Notes: generated by a model from the letters alone, not told the origin. 64,000 bases of DNA from a virus (IMGVR_UViG_3300035498_000778:60893-124892), one strand, 5' to 3'. Positions 1 to 10,032 are shown, counted from the first letter of the stretch. Translations and numbers: made by a program.

Positions 1-1170
1 CAGCTTGAAGCTATATATAAAGCGGAAAAATGGTGGAAACATTCCACTAATCAGGTATTTGAAATATCCGGAGCGGCAGGTACAGGTAAGACAACATTAG
101 TTAAGTACATTATAGAAAAACTGGGAATAGGATTAGAAAATACAGCGTTCGTAGCGTATATGGGAAAAGCGGCTATGCAATTGGCAAGGAACGGACTACC
201 TGCAAAGACTATTCACTCATTCATATACGACTGTATTCAAGAACCAGTGTGGGATGAAGAGGGTAAACCCGTATACACATCGGCAGGATATCAAAAAAGA
301 AAGTTAGTATTCAAGCTTAAAGATAAAGACACGATACCTGAGAACATAGAGCTTATTGTTGTAGATGAAGCGAGTATGGTTTCCAAGGAAATATCTGAAG
401 ATCTGATAAGCTTCGGAATTCCAATAATAGCAATGGGCGATTTAAACCAATTACCACCTGTATTCGGTAATAGTTATTTTCTAGTAAACCCAGATGTTAT
501 ACTTACGCAGATAATGCGACAAGCAGAAGGCTCACCAATTATATATTTATCACAAGAAGTTCTTCATAACAGACAATTACAATCCGGTCAATATGGAGAC
601 TGCTCGGTTATGAAAAAATCAGATTTTCTTCCAGAAATGCTGAAAGATATGGATGTGGTTCTTACAGGAACAAACAAATTGAGATATAGTATTAATGACC
701 TATACAGATCTAATATATTGGATCTACGTAGACCTGAGATACCTAATGTTGGAGAAAAGTTGATATGCCGACGCAATAACTGGGATGTTTCTATCAAATC
801 TAGGGACGATGAATATTATCTTGTTAATGGCTTATCCGGAATAGTTGATTATAGCGACGTTTCGTCGTATAATGGGAAAAAAATGGAGATAGATTTTAAA
901 CCAGACTTTTTATCAAGGTCGTTTAAAAACCTCGTTATTGATTACAAGCATTTATTTGCACAGTACGGTACACCTGAATACGATGCAATCAACCTAGGAA
1001 TGAATCCGTTTGAATTTGCATACGCTATTACCGTACATCTTTCACAAGGTTCACAATATGACAATGTTATGTTATTTGCAGAACGTGGGTCATTTGATAA
1101 TAACACATTTAAAAAACTGATGTATACAGGTATAACTAGAGCAAAGAAAAGGATTACAATTTTAATATAA
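1..1170 (+). CDS. RecD/Dda-like SF1B helicase (5' end outside window)
   Basis: Frame is open from base 1 and contains Walker A GAAGTGKTT, then VVDEASMV, GDLNQLPPV, MRQ, YAITVHLSQGSQY and YTGITRA motifs. Confidence 0.9.
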   Translation, partial: QLEAIYKAEKWWKHSTNQVFEISGAAGTGKTTLVKYIIEKLGIGLENTAFVAYMGKAAMQLARNGLPAKTIHSFIYDCIQEPVWDEEGKPVYTSAGYQKRKLVFKLKDKDTIPENIELIVVDEASMVSKEISEDLISFGIPIIAMGDLNQLPPVFGNSYFLVNPDVILTQIMRQAEGSPIIYLSQEVLHNRQLQSGQYGDCSVMKKSDFLPEMLKDMDVVLTGTNKLRYSINDLYRSNILDLRRPEIPNVGEKLICRRNNWDVSIKSRDDEYYLVNGLSGIVDYSDVSSYNGKKMEIDFKPDFLSRSFKNLVIDYKHLFAQYGTPEYDAINLGMNPFEFAYAITVHLSQGSQYDNVMLFAERGSFDNNTFKKLMYTGITRAKKRITILI

Positions 1171-1195
1171 TAGAGTCATTTGACTCTATTATATT
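1164..1195. terminator. Palindromic intrinsic terminator
   Basis: AATATAATAGAGTCA-TT-TGACTCTATTATATT at the helicase stop codon. Confidence 0.7.
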
Positions 1196-1223
1196 TAATT
1201 TCCGTAATAGTAAATGATTTATT

Positions 1224-1240
1224 TATATATTATAATATTG
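1224..1240 (+). promoter_or_regulatory. Putative early promoter TATATATTAT-N5-TG (representative copy)
   Basis: Same motif at 1224, 1511, 5006, 16191, 25552, 34148, 39837, 57281 (+) and 62726 (-), always intergenic and upstream of an RBS. Confidence 0.75.
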
Positions 1241-1282
1241 ATAAGAAAGTTCGAGTAATAAAAAGATATGGAGGAAATGATT

Positions 1283-1468
1283 ATGAGAGAGCTTATCTAT
1301 GATATTATTATGGGAGTAAGTGAACATATGTTAAACGGTTATGAGCTTCTAGGTAACGCTTACTGGGTGCTATATATGTTTGGTATGTTATCAGTACTTA
1401 CTCTTATAGTGATCTTTGACGATCACCAAAACGCAAAAAAGAAGAGTAAGAAAACTAAAAAGAGATAA
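1283..1468 (+). CDS. Small membrane protein with Lys-rich tail
   Basis: GGAGG RBS, one hydrophobic segment, KKKSKKTKKR C-terminus. Confidence 0.65.
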   Translation: MRELIYDIIMGVSEHMLNGYELLGNAYWVLYMFGMLSVLTLIVIFDDHQNAKKKSKKTKKR

Positions 1469-1582
1469 TTTGATTATCTCTTTTTTTCTTATTTTAAACG
1501 TAAAAATGATTATATATTATAGCTGTGTGTGGGTAGAATATAAATTACAAACTTGTTTAAATTATGAAAGGTGGTAAATTCT

Positions 1583-1783
1583 ATGTTTGCGTTTGTATTA
1601 ACCGTGATAGTAACAGCTGTAACTTTTGGAACAGCTTGTGCGGTAACATTTGTGTTGGACTTATGTGGAGCTCTCTCAACTGTTATTGGTGCATGTCTCA
1701 TTACATTGGTTCTGGTTGTATCTATCAAAGTAATGACCAAAATCCTTATGATTGCTCACAAGGTGTATGGTCTATTTAATTAA
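1583..1783 (+). CDS. Small two-TM membrane protein
   Basis: AAAGGTGG RBS, two hydrophobic segments, downstream of the early motif at 1511. Confidence 0.6.
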   Translation: MFAFVLTVIVTAVTFGTACAVTFVLDLCGALSTVIGACLITLVLVVSIKVMTKILMIAHKVYGLFN

Positions 1784-1798
1784 AAAGGAGGACTTATT

Positions 1799-2065
1799 AT
1801 GGCAGATATGTCAACAACCACAGCTGGTCTAATTCAATCATTCATGCCAAGCTGGATGACTTCAGGTACCGCTGTGTTAATTATGGTAATCATAGGTATA
1901 GTGTTCAAGTACAGGGTGGAGTTTCTAGCTGTAGCTCAGAATGTTCTCAATATCATACCAAAGAGAAAGAGCAAGAAGAAGACAATCAACAGTACTATCG
2001 ATATGTTAGAAAAGAAGTACGGTAAGAAAAAAGTACGTAAAATATTAGCAAAGCGTTTCGGATAA
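1799..2065 (+). CDS. Membrane protein with basic C-terminus
   Basis: AAGGAGG RBS, TM segment, Lys/Arg-rich tail. Confidence 0.7.
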   Translation: MADMSTTTAGLIQSFMPSWMTSGTAVLIMVIIGIVFKYRVEFLAVAQNVLNIIPKRKSKKKTINSTIDMLEKKYGKKKVRKILAKRFG

Positions 2066-2173
2066 AACCGAACAACAAGATTCCTTCAATATTCGTCTTT
2101 ACAATACGTCTCAAAATTCAACGCACGGAATCAAGTTGAGCTGATAACTAAAAATAGAAAGGAGGTTTATATA

Positions 2174-2425
2174 ATGCCTTCTAATTCTATATCTATAGAA
2201 GATATGATACGTTCAGGCTTAGGGCTAATCGTATTTATATTGACTAGTTTATGTACTATATGTGATTGTATTGATAAGTTACAGGGTCGAAACACATCAA
2301 GTTATTATGCTCCTTCAAAGAATTCTTTTGATGATATACTTAAAAAAGGGTCGAAAAGGAAGTCTAAAAAGAAGAAAAAGAAGAAGTATAAAACACACAA
2401 AGTATATAAACGATGTATCATATAA
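2174..2425 (+). CDS. Membrane protein with poly-Lys tail
   Basis: AAGGAGGT RBS, TM segment, KKGSKRKSKKKKKKKYK. Confidence 0.65.
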   Translation: MPSNSISIEDMIRSGLGLIVFILTSLCTICDCIDKLQGRNTSSYYAPSKNSFDDILKKGSKRKSKKKKKKKYKTHKVYKRCII

Positions 2426-2442
2426 GAAAAGAGGTGAATTGT

Positions 2443-3018
2443 ATGGTAACATTAGTTGGCAAGTCGGCAAGATTTATGACGGCAATCGGATACTTGTCTT
2501 TGATATTATTCGTTATATTTGTCATACCAGTTACTAAGTTGGTAATAAAGGGTATAAAGTATGATGAACTACAGGACCAAATCGACACTCTCAATAATAG
2601 TCTCGAGAATGTTGTTGAGTCCGTAGAAATAGCTACTGATGCTATAAAGAAAAATCAAGATGACATAGCCGAGTTGACATCAGCATATAATGATTCCGCA
2701 GACGTTATTAATGAATTAGTTGATATATGCAACGATGAAATTGCGGATGATGGCGATGAAGATGATAACGAAGACGATGGTGATAAAAATGATGTCACTA
2801 TTCAAACAGTTATAGACACAGTTAACGAATTAGTCGAGCAATGTAACGGATATGACAAAAAGTTCGACAACCTATCAAGCGATGTTGAAGTATTAGGTAA
2901 TAAGGTGGATAAACTGAAACGTAAGCTTAAAGATTACGTAACGTTTGATAAGCTTTATGAACTATGTGAAAACGACGCTGATAGTGAAGACATAATGAAA
3001 GCCAAGGCTGATGCATAA
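2443..3018 (+). CDS. Membrane-anchored acidic coiled-coil protein
   Basis: GAGGTG RBS, N-terminal TM, heptad pattern, Asp-rich linker. Confidence 0.7.
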   Translation: MVTLVGKSARFMTAIGYLSLILFVIFVIPVTKLVIKGIKYDELQDQIDTLNNSLENVVESVEIATDAIKKNQDDIAELTSAYNDSADVINELVDICNDEIADDGDEDDNEDDGDKNDVTIQTVIDTVNELVEQCNGYDKKFDNLSSDVEVLGNKVDKLKRKLKDYVTFDKLYELCENDADSEDIMKAKADA

Positions 3019-3070
3019 ATACACATCAGCCTAACATTTAATATAAAATAATAAAATTGGAGGAATTATT

Positions 3071-3628
3071 ATGAATAACAAGAAAATGATTAACAAGCTA
3101 GGTAAAAAGGTTACTCAGGATATTCAGGTTCTACAAAAAGGTAGATTACTTGATAATAGCAGAATCGATGCTATGACCGATGTAGTAACAACAAGTTCTA
3201 TGTCTCCTGATGATATAGCTAGCAAGGGGATGTCAGCTCTTATTGTTAGTAAAGCAATAAAGTCAGTAGCTAAACATACCGATGACGAAACTGTCTTATC
3301 AATATGCAATGAATTCTTAGATTGCTTAGAAGACAGTGCAAGTGATGGTAAGAAGTTTGTCAAGAAATCTGTAAAGAGAACTGATAAAGCTATAAATAAC
3401 TATAATGCTGTGACTGACGTTGTTGATAAAACTCTTAAGAATGACATTTCAAAAAGTGCCAAGAAAACTAAAGCTGTAAAGAAGGTTAATAGGATACTTG
3501 GTACTACAGCCGATGATACTACTAAGAAGAAGACAAAGAAGAAGACACATAAGAAATACAAAGGATGCGGAAACCCCTCATCAGAAAAATTATTGAAGGG
3601 TATGACGAAGATTCAACAACAGAATTAA
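3071..3628 (+). CDS. Basic hypothetical protein
   Basis: GGAGG RBS; Lys-rich; followed by hairpin AGGATGGGTG..CACCCATCCT and a T-run. Confidence 0.7.
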   Translation: MNNKKMINKLGKKVTQDIQVLQKGRLLDNSRIDAMTDVVTTSSMSPDDIASKGMSALIVSKAIKSVAKHTDDETVLSICNEFLDCLEDSASDGKKFVKKSVKRTDKAINNYNAVTDVVDKTLKNDISKSAKKTKAVKKVNRILGTTADDTTKKKTKKKTHKKYKGCGNPSSEKLLKGMTKIQQQN

Positions 3629-3783
3629 CCATTAGATTGAGGATGGGTGATTATTATACACCCATCCTTTTTTAAACGAGACGAGCCCTAGTTTTAAAAG
3701 GGAATACTATTATAAATTTCATTATGTAATTCGCCAACAATTAAATAGGCTGAAGTTAAAACATAATGTGGGAGGATTTAACT

Positions 3784-4131
3784 ATGAATGAAATAAATAT
3801 CAAAAATGTACATACTTTGTACAGACTTTTAGTATCTGTCGGATTTCTAGTATCATTATGGCTAGGATATGGTAGATGGTTCTTTTACCTAATGATGTTT
3901 ATGTTTTATGTGACCATATTCTCAGAGTACGTTTATAAAGCATACAGTGAATTGAACTTCATCGAGAAAGTATGGTCCGTTGCAGCTACCATAGTAGTAA
4001 TAGGTATATTATTCGACTTTGTTACTGCTGGTTTCAAAACTATAACATATGTCGGTGTAACAATAATCATCATATGTCATATGTTTGTAGAAAGGTTTTT
4101 GGATAAAAAAGAAAAGACACACAAAAGATAA
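3784..4131 (+). CDS. Multi-pass membrane protein
   Basis: GGAGG RBS, about 4 hydrophobic segments, AACA-N6-TA motif at 3736. Confidence 0.65.
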   Translation: MNEINIKNVHTLYRLLVSVGFLVSLWLGYGRWFFYLMMFMFYVTIFSEYVYKAYSELNFIEKVWSVAATIVVIGILFDFVTAGFKTITYVGVTIIIICHMFVERFLDKKEKTHKR

Positions 4132-4186
4132 TTAATTCTTAAAAAGAACTGGGTTTGTATTCCAGTTCTTTTTTTCTTTTTTTAAA

Positions 4187-4198
4187 AACAATTTAGTA
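4187..4198 (+). promoter_or_regulatory. Putative non-virion RNAP (late/middle) promoter AACA-N6-TA (representative copy)
   Basis: Plus-strand copies at 3736, 4187, 7661, 9349, 11560, 14292, 19598, 28864. Minus-strand copies (read as TA-N6-TGTT) at 6498, 14247, 19571, 34098, 39788, 43906, 49150, 50164, 51860, 53656, 55197, 55925, 57238, 59426. All lie just upstream of a gene start. Confidence 0.8.
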
Positions 4199-4246
4199 AA
4201 TTGAAGTGATATAAGTCATAGTTTTATTTAAATGGAGGATGATTAA

Positions 4247-4945
4247 ATGAGTAAAATTATTAAAGCATCATACGAAATAATGGATAATCTTGATAGAGAA
4301 TATATAGATCGAATGATGCTAGCTCTTGGAAGATATGCGGGTATTTGCTACAGAGGAAGCGCAGACGTTAATATTGAAGATACTAAAGATAAAAGCGCTG
4401 AGCAAATTGAGCAAGAGCAATGTGAAAGACGAATTATTAATTGCATTAAGCGAGGTCATGAATCTGTCATTGAGCATGAAAAACTAACAGTTAAGTTCTT
4501 AGTAGATAGAGGTGTAACGCACGAGCTTGTAAGACATAGACTAGCTTCATTCACCCAAGAATCTACAAGATATTGTAATTACGACTCCGATGTACAAGGC
4601 AATAATGTTAAGTTTATAGATGTATGGCCAGCTATTGATGCAATGGATATTGATGAGGGTCATAAGAATGCAGTGTATCTACAGTGGAAAGCATCTTGTG
4701 ATGCGGCTGAAAAGAAGTATCAGACTATGTTATTATATGGAGCTACTCCACAGGTAGCACGTGCAGTTCTACCTACTAGTACTGCGGCATCTATAGTCGT
4801 AACTGCAAACTTAAGAGAATGGAGACATTTGCTTAAATTGAGAACTGATAAGGCGGCTCATCCACAAATGAGAGAAGTTATGGTCCCTCTATTGGAAGAA
4901 TTGAAGAATAAAATGCCAATAATATTCGGTGATATAACATATTAA
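4247..4945 (+). CDS. thyX: Flavin-dependent thymidylate synthase
   Basis: GHESVIEH, RHRLASFTQESTRY (RHR-x7-S), ARAVLP, NLREWRH, AHPQMR. Confidence 0.95.
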   Translation: MSKIIKASYEIMDNLDREYIDRMMLALGRYAGICYRGSADVNIEDTKDKSAEQIEQEQCERRIINCIKRGHESVIEHEKLTVKFLVDRGVTHELVRHRLASFTQESTRYCNYDSDVQGNNVKFIDVWPAIDAMDIDEGHKNAVYLQWKASCDAAEKKYQTMLLYGATPQVARAVLPTSTAASIVVTANLREWRHLLKLRTDKAAHPQMREVMVPLLEELKNKMPIIFGDITY

Positions 4946-5076
4946 TACATATGATCTAGCTACAATATGTAGCTAGATCATTCCCGTATTCATAAAGCTT
5001 ATAATTATATATTATAATTATGATATTATATTATAATATATAATATGACATAATAATTCTAGAAGGAGGTGTTGTT

Positions 5077-5109
5077 GTGTTTGATGATGCTGCCGGACTA
5101 GATGACTGA
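5077..5109 (+). CDS. Possible 10-aa peptide MFDDAAGLDD
   Basis: Early motif at 5006, AAGGAGGT 6 nt before GTG, terminator hairpin at about 5128-5160. Confidence 0.35.
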   Translation: MFDDAAGLDD

Positions 5110-5160
5110 AAGTGTTAAATGTTGTCTAAAATAGAGATCGTTAAGATCTCTATTTTTTTT

Positions 5161-6474
5161 TTAATTATTGTATTTTTGTACAGATAACAGAATGTACATG
5201 AACATGGCTTTCGCGTATGCACTTCTTGTAGGTAGACGTTGGAATTTTTTATTGATACCAAAGTCTTCACACCATTTAGATAATATATTCTTAATCAAAA
5301 GTATGTTTGCGTTTTTTGTGTTGGTAACCTTAAAAGCTTTAAGACCAAACTCTAGAAATGCCTGAGAATTAATGGCTCTTATCTCAGCTTTAGTTTCATA
5401 TAAAAATGCAAAACATAATGCTTCAATCGCTTTACGTAATTCATTGATATGATTTTTACTCAACATATTTACGACACACAGTCTTATCTCACTCATGGAT
5501 ACTTCATTGGCTCTTGCTGCTATTTGACATAACTTGAGATCAGGACCTGCTTGTTGCATTTTTGTAACAACCGCTATGGAGACACGTTCCACACGGTTAG
5601 TATTGTTCTCATTGTCAATTACTTGTGTATTGTCTTCATCATTCATAGTTTCGGCTTGTCTAGATACACCCAATCCAGCTTCGTAGTTCTTGCGAAACTC
5701 ATTGTATATATTTTTCATGAATGAATTCTGGTCATTTCTAATACGTTGAATGAACCTTATGATTTCAGCATCGCTTCCTATGATGAATCCTTTCTCATGA
5801 AATGAATAGGAATTCTGAACCATCATCATCAAAGCACCAAAAATAGTTTTTGATTTCTTAACCACAAAGTGTGCGGATAAGTTGTCAATCGTATACATCA
5901 TGACGTATTCATTTGGCTCATACTGAAAATACTTACTAAAAATACTTGGATAATTAGATAGCGCAATCATACTAAGAATAGCATTCAATCCTTTCTGATC
6001 CTTATGTAACGTGTAATATCTTGCAATTGCATAAAACAGCACGAAGATAGGATTGTTTTTAATTAACTGCCATTGAGCTTTAGCATTTATGTTTTTCGTT
6101 GCTTCATTTATTACCTTCTTAATCTCACTTTCAGATATACCAAATAACGCATAATATTTTTCTTTTTCTTTTGTTACAAAAGTTAATAAATATTGTGGTC
6201 CGGGAGTGGATAGCGCTTTCTGGTTGTTATTCACATATTCACCTACAATATTTTGGAACTTCCTAGCTTTAGCCGGATCGTTTAATGTAGCTTCAACTTT
6301 TGGATATATATAATTCATCATTATGTGTGTTTCTGATGTGGCTTCGTAACAGTAGCCTATATCATCGCTTAATTCTATATCATTATATATCCCTTCAGTC
6401 ACAAATACTGATCGATTATCAAAAGGTTCGAATACACTGTTGTATTCTGAACTCATTCGTTGCATATTCATCAC
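5161..6474 (-). CDS. Conserved jumbo-phage protein, probably virion-associated
   Basis: 437-aa ORF with late motif at 6498; acidic N-terminus with VTEG/CYEA propeptide-like sites. Confidence 0.55.
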   Translation of the reverse strand: MMNMQRMSSEYNSVFEPFDNRSVFVTEGIYNDIELSDDIGYCYEATSETHIMMNYIYPKVEATLNDPAKARKFQNIVGEYVNNNQKALSTPGPQYLLTFVTKEKEKYYALFGISESEIKKVINEATKNINAKAQWQLIKNNPIFVLFYAIARYYTLHKDQKGLNAILSMIALSNYPSIFSKYFQYEPNEYVMMYTIDNLSAHFVVKKSKTIFGALMMMVQNSYSFHEKGFIIGSDAEIIRFIQRIRNDQNSFMKNIYNEFRKNYEAGLGVSRQAETMNDEDNTQVIDNENNTNRVERVSIAVVTKMQQAGPDLKLCQIAARANEVSMSEIRLCVVNMLSKNHINELRKAIEALCFAFLYETKAEIRAINSQAFLEFGLKAFKVTNTKNANILLIKNILSKWCEDFGINKKFQRLPTRSAYAKAMFMYILLSVQKYNN

Positions 6475-6557
6475 CCTTTCATAGTTTTCAAATTAGTTAT
6501 AATACTGTTTTTTGTACAATTCAATAATATATGTAATAACAGAAAGGAGATAATGTA

Positions 6558-7604
6558 ATGAGCAAAATAGATTTATTGTCCAACTGGACGGATATAACAT
6601 ATGAAAACGACAATATAAGATTTGCTACGACAGCGCTTAACGAGATATATACCGATTACGCTGTTAATGACGAGATAATGCTGGATAAAATGTCAGGTCA
6701 AATGTCTTATAAGAGAAAAGAAGATGGACAGATTATACGACCTGTGTACACTCGTAATGATAGAGTAGAAGACTTAGTACACAGTATTATGTCATGTACG
6801 CAGCAAACAAACGGTTTTACGTTTAACAGAACTTCAGGGACAACAGATTACACTGCAGAGTATTTACTATGTTATAACTATAATCTAGGATATGTCACTA
6901 GACAAGTAAACTTGTTTAATGCGGGAAACCAATATATTGATTTTCCTGAAATAAGCTATTATACTAGCACAAATGCAGGTGTATTTATAAGATTAAACGT
7001 GGATAAAGATTTGTATGCCGATTTGGGAATGGTTCCTAATAAACAGATAAAGATTACTATACTAACTACCTCATATTATACTAGCGGTGATAAGAAGATT
7101 AAAACTTATACCGTGGAGGCCGAACCTAACAAGTATGCGTTCATAGCTCTTCCAAATACTACTGGAACATTAGTTAATGTAATATTTAATATATATTACA
7201 TAAGTTCTAGCTTTTTAAGTTATAAAGAAAATTATAATGTTGATTTTTGGAATACTACTCAATCATCAAAAAATGGAGGTTCAGGTAAAATAAGCTCAAT
7301 AGATTTTGCATTTGTTCAGAGAATACTATATGATGGAAAAACTAATTTGATGGAAAAAGCGTATCTTCCAGTAACAGATGCTGCCATGAAATCACCGGGA
7401 TCAGCTGATGATAGCTCTGAATATATCTACCCCATTAAATTGGATGCTATAGTTCCTCTATCAAAATTTGATCAGTATTCGCCAGTACAAACCATGAATG
7501 CCGTACCAATAAAGGTAGGGACATTTACAACTCAAGAAGAAGCAATATTCTGTCCAACTGCAAGTTCTTCATTTACCGAGGCTCAGTTTCAAGCTAAAAT
7601 ATAA
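6558..7604 (+). CDS. Hypothetical, beta-rich, probably structural protein
   Basis: AAAGGAG RBS, TACA-N6-TA variant at 6515. Confidence 0.55.
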   Translation: MSKIDLLSNWTDITYENDNIRFATTALNEIYTDYAVNDEIMLDKMSGQMSYKRKEDGQIIRPVYTRNDRVEDLVHSIMSCTQQTNGFTFNRTSGTTDYTAEYLLCYNYNLGYVTRQVNLFNAGNQYIDFPEISYYTSTNAGVFIRLNVDKDLYADLGMVPNKQIKITILTTSYYTSGDKKIKTYTVEAEPNKYAFIALPNTTGTLVNVIFNIYYISSSFLSYKENYNVDFWNTTQSSKNGGSGKISSIDFAFVQRILYDGKTNLMEKAYLPVTDAAMKSPGSADDSSEYIYPIKLDAIVPLSKFDQYSPVQTMNAVPIKVGTFTTQEEAIFCPTASSSFTEAQFQAKI

Positions 7605-7705
7605 TATAAAAAGGAAGCATATTGCTTCCTTTCTTTTTTGTTAATATTTTATATACTAAAAACAATCTATTAAATATTTACTAAAAATTAATGGAGGTTG
7701 AAATC

Positions 7706-8224
7706 ATGAATTATCATAATATCACAACAGATGATATGCTAAACGGTCCCGGTCTAAGGACAGTATTATGGGTAGCAGGTTGCTCTCATCACTGTAAGGG
7801 ATGTCAAAATCCTGAGACATGGGATCCGGAGGGTGGTATACCATTTGATATGAAAGCTTTTAATGAAATTCTGGATAATCTTAACAAACCTTATATAACG
7901 GGAATAACATTTTCAGGTGGTGATCCACTACATGAAAATAATATCAAAGATGTTTTATGTATAATTGATTTTATAAGAGGTACGTATGAGTATACAAAAT
8001 CGATATGGTTATATACAGGTTATACTTATGAAGAACTATTAACTATGTCTGAAACTAACGCAGATATAAATGCGATACTTAGTTACATAGATGGATTAGT
8101 AGACGGAGAATTTATCGAAGAACAAAAAGATATTAATACCGAATGGGCAGGAAGCACTAATCAGAAAGTCATAACAAAAGGATTACCATATTATGATACA
8201 TATAAAGAATATTTTAAATTTTAG
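7706..8224 (+). CDS. nrdG: Anaerobic ribonucleotide reductase activating protein (radical SAM)
   Basis: NGPGLRTVLWVAGCSHHCKGCQNPETW, GITFSGGDPL, DGLVDGEF, GSTNQ. Confidence 0.95.
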   Translation: MNYHNITTDDMLNGPGLRTVLWVAGCSHHCKGCQNPETWDPEGGIPFDMKAFNEILDNLNKPYITGITFSGGDPLHENNIKDVLCIIDFIRGTYEYTKSIWLYTGYTYEELLTMSETNADINAILSYIDGLVDGEFIEEQKDINTEWAGSTNQKVITKGLPYYDTYKEYFKF

Positions 8225-8236
8225 GAGGAATTGAAA

Positions 8237-9280
8237 ATGATAGACGTTATCATACCAGCATATAATTGTAAGAAAGAATTATGGAGAGTTCTTCATAGTA
8301 CAGCGTCTCAAACTGTAGCAGAGAAGGTCAACGTTATAGTTGTTGATGACGCGTCTGATGAACCTCTAATGAGTTCAGATGATTTGGTATTTTGGGAAGG
8401 ATGTTTTAAGTCTATACAGTGCAAACGTCTTGATGCTAATTCAGGCCCCGGAGCAGCGAGAGCAGCAGGGCAAGTAATTGGTAAAGGTAAGTACGTTACA
8501 TTTATTGACGCTGATGATACATGGGCAACTGCATATGCTCTAGAGAAGCTATCAGCCGTAATGAATGCTGATAGAAATATCGATGGATGTTTCGGTAAGT
8601 TTATTGAGGAAACCCGAAATGAAAATAGATATTGGCTTGAACATTCCAATGATAGAGTTTGGATGTTTGGTAAGATGTATCGAAGATCTTTCCTAGAGGA
8701 AAATGAGATATTAATGAACGACTCTAGATCTAATGAAGATATGGGATTCAATCAACTAGTTTTGGCATGTACCGATAATATAGTTTTTATCAATGATCCC
8801 GTTTATTACTGGCACTTCAAGGCAGACTCGATAACTAGGAAACCAGAAAACGAATATGACTTTACTGGGTTGAAAGGTTATATATATAATCACCAATGGG
8901 CATATGATCAATGTGAGGAACGTGGTTTAAATGATCTACAAAAGCGTAAGGAAGCGGTTATATCAGCAGTAACCATGATGTATTTGTATTTTGTTGAGTC
9001 TTTAGAAACAAGAGAACAAGCAAAAACTCAAGAGTTACTCGGATGGATCCAAGAGTTCTTTAATCACTGTATTGCTGAAAAGATAAATGAATATAATTTC
9101 GACAAGTCATTTATAATGAGCATACTAAATTCAAGTGACATATATAAATTATATTTACCTTCAATCACGTTCTCTGATTTCTTAAATAGTTTATACGCGG
9201 CATACAAAAATCCGCCCGCTGATACATCGGACGGCAATGAATTGACTGATGCAGAAAGTAATATTGAATCAGTTGAATAG
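8237..9280 (+). CDS. GT-A fold glycosyltransferase (family 2)
   Basis: VIIPAYN, VVDDAS, NSGPGAAR, FIDADD, NED motifs. Confidence 0.9.
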   Translation: MIDVIIPAYNCKKELWRVLHSTASQTVAEKVNVIVVDDASDEPLMSSDDLVFWEGCFKSIQCKRLDANSGPGAARAAGQVIGKGKYVTFIDADDTWATAYALEKLSAVMNADRNIDGCFGKFIEETRNENRYWLEHSNDRVWMFGKMYRRSFLEENEILMNDSRSNEDMGFNQLVLACTDNIVFINDPVYYWHFKADSITRKPENEYDFTGLKGYIYNHQWAYDQCEERGLNDLQKRKEAVISAVTMMYLYFVESLETREQAKTQELLGWIQEFFNHCIAEKINEYNFDKSFIMSILNSSDIYKLYLPSITFSDFLNSLYAAYKNPPADTSDGNELTDAESNIESVE

Positions 9281-9390
9281 ACGGTATTCAAAGTAACTAC
9301 GGCATTTACCGTAGTTACTTTTTAAATTATGTGTATTTAACTCATATCAACATTTTATTAAACGAATACAAAGAAAGGGAGTGATATACT

Positions 9391-10032
9391 ATGCTCAAAT
9401 ATGTAGGCTACTTAGGTACCCCCAATGAAGATAATGGTATACGTGTTTATTTTGGTAATAATACTGATAATATATTTTATGATGAGAAGTCTGTAACTGA
9501 GATATTAGATTCGACTGCTAGTTCAATAAATACAGCATATGAGCCTCTCGGTAATCATATAAAAGATTTTAATAATCCACATAAGGTGACTGCTAAACAA
9601 GTTGAAGCTATGACATTAGATGGTGACAACGAATATATATATTCCAATAAAACGTTCATAAATAACGTCACTATAACTAACTTGAATTGTAATAGCATAT
9701 CTGTTGACGGCCAAAACATAACTAATATAACGGGTGATAATATAACTCAATGGATTGATCTTACTAATAATTATAATGCTGCCGTGGATGGCGCGGCTGA
9801 CATTAAAAACATTCTTGAAAATAGTATTCAGTACGTCGTACGCAATGAAATAGAAAAAGCCACAAATAATATAGATAAAACGATATCCGAAAATAAGAAT
9901 ACTATGAAATCTATGTTGAACGATCTTGTAGATCAGATAATTGAAGAATGCTTACTAGAATTATTTAGTGGCGAATATGAAGGAGACAATAATATGATTT
10001 TTAGAATGGTAGGTGGAATAGAAGATGAGTGA
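9391..10032 (+). CDS. Virion/tail-associated protein, paralog of next gene
   Basis: H..D.NNPHKVTAKQV fibre-type motif; ends in YEGDNNMIFR like the next gene. Confidence 0.6.
   Translation: MLKYVGYLGTPNEDNGIRVYFGNNTDNIFYDEKSVTEILDSTASSINTAYEPLGNHIKDFNNPHKVTAKQVEAMTLDGDNEYIYSNKTFINNVTITNLNCNSISVDGQNITNITGDNITQWIDLTNNYNAAVDGAADIKNILENSIQYVVRNEIEKATNNIDKTISENKNTMKSMLNDLVDQIIEECLLELFSGEYEGDNNMIFRMVGGIEDE

Noticed and set aside
2079-2140. Possible pseudoknot GATTCC/GGAATC plus TTCAAC/GTTGAG
   Set aside because: Only 6-bp stems, single copy, no covariation; could be chance
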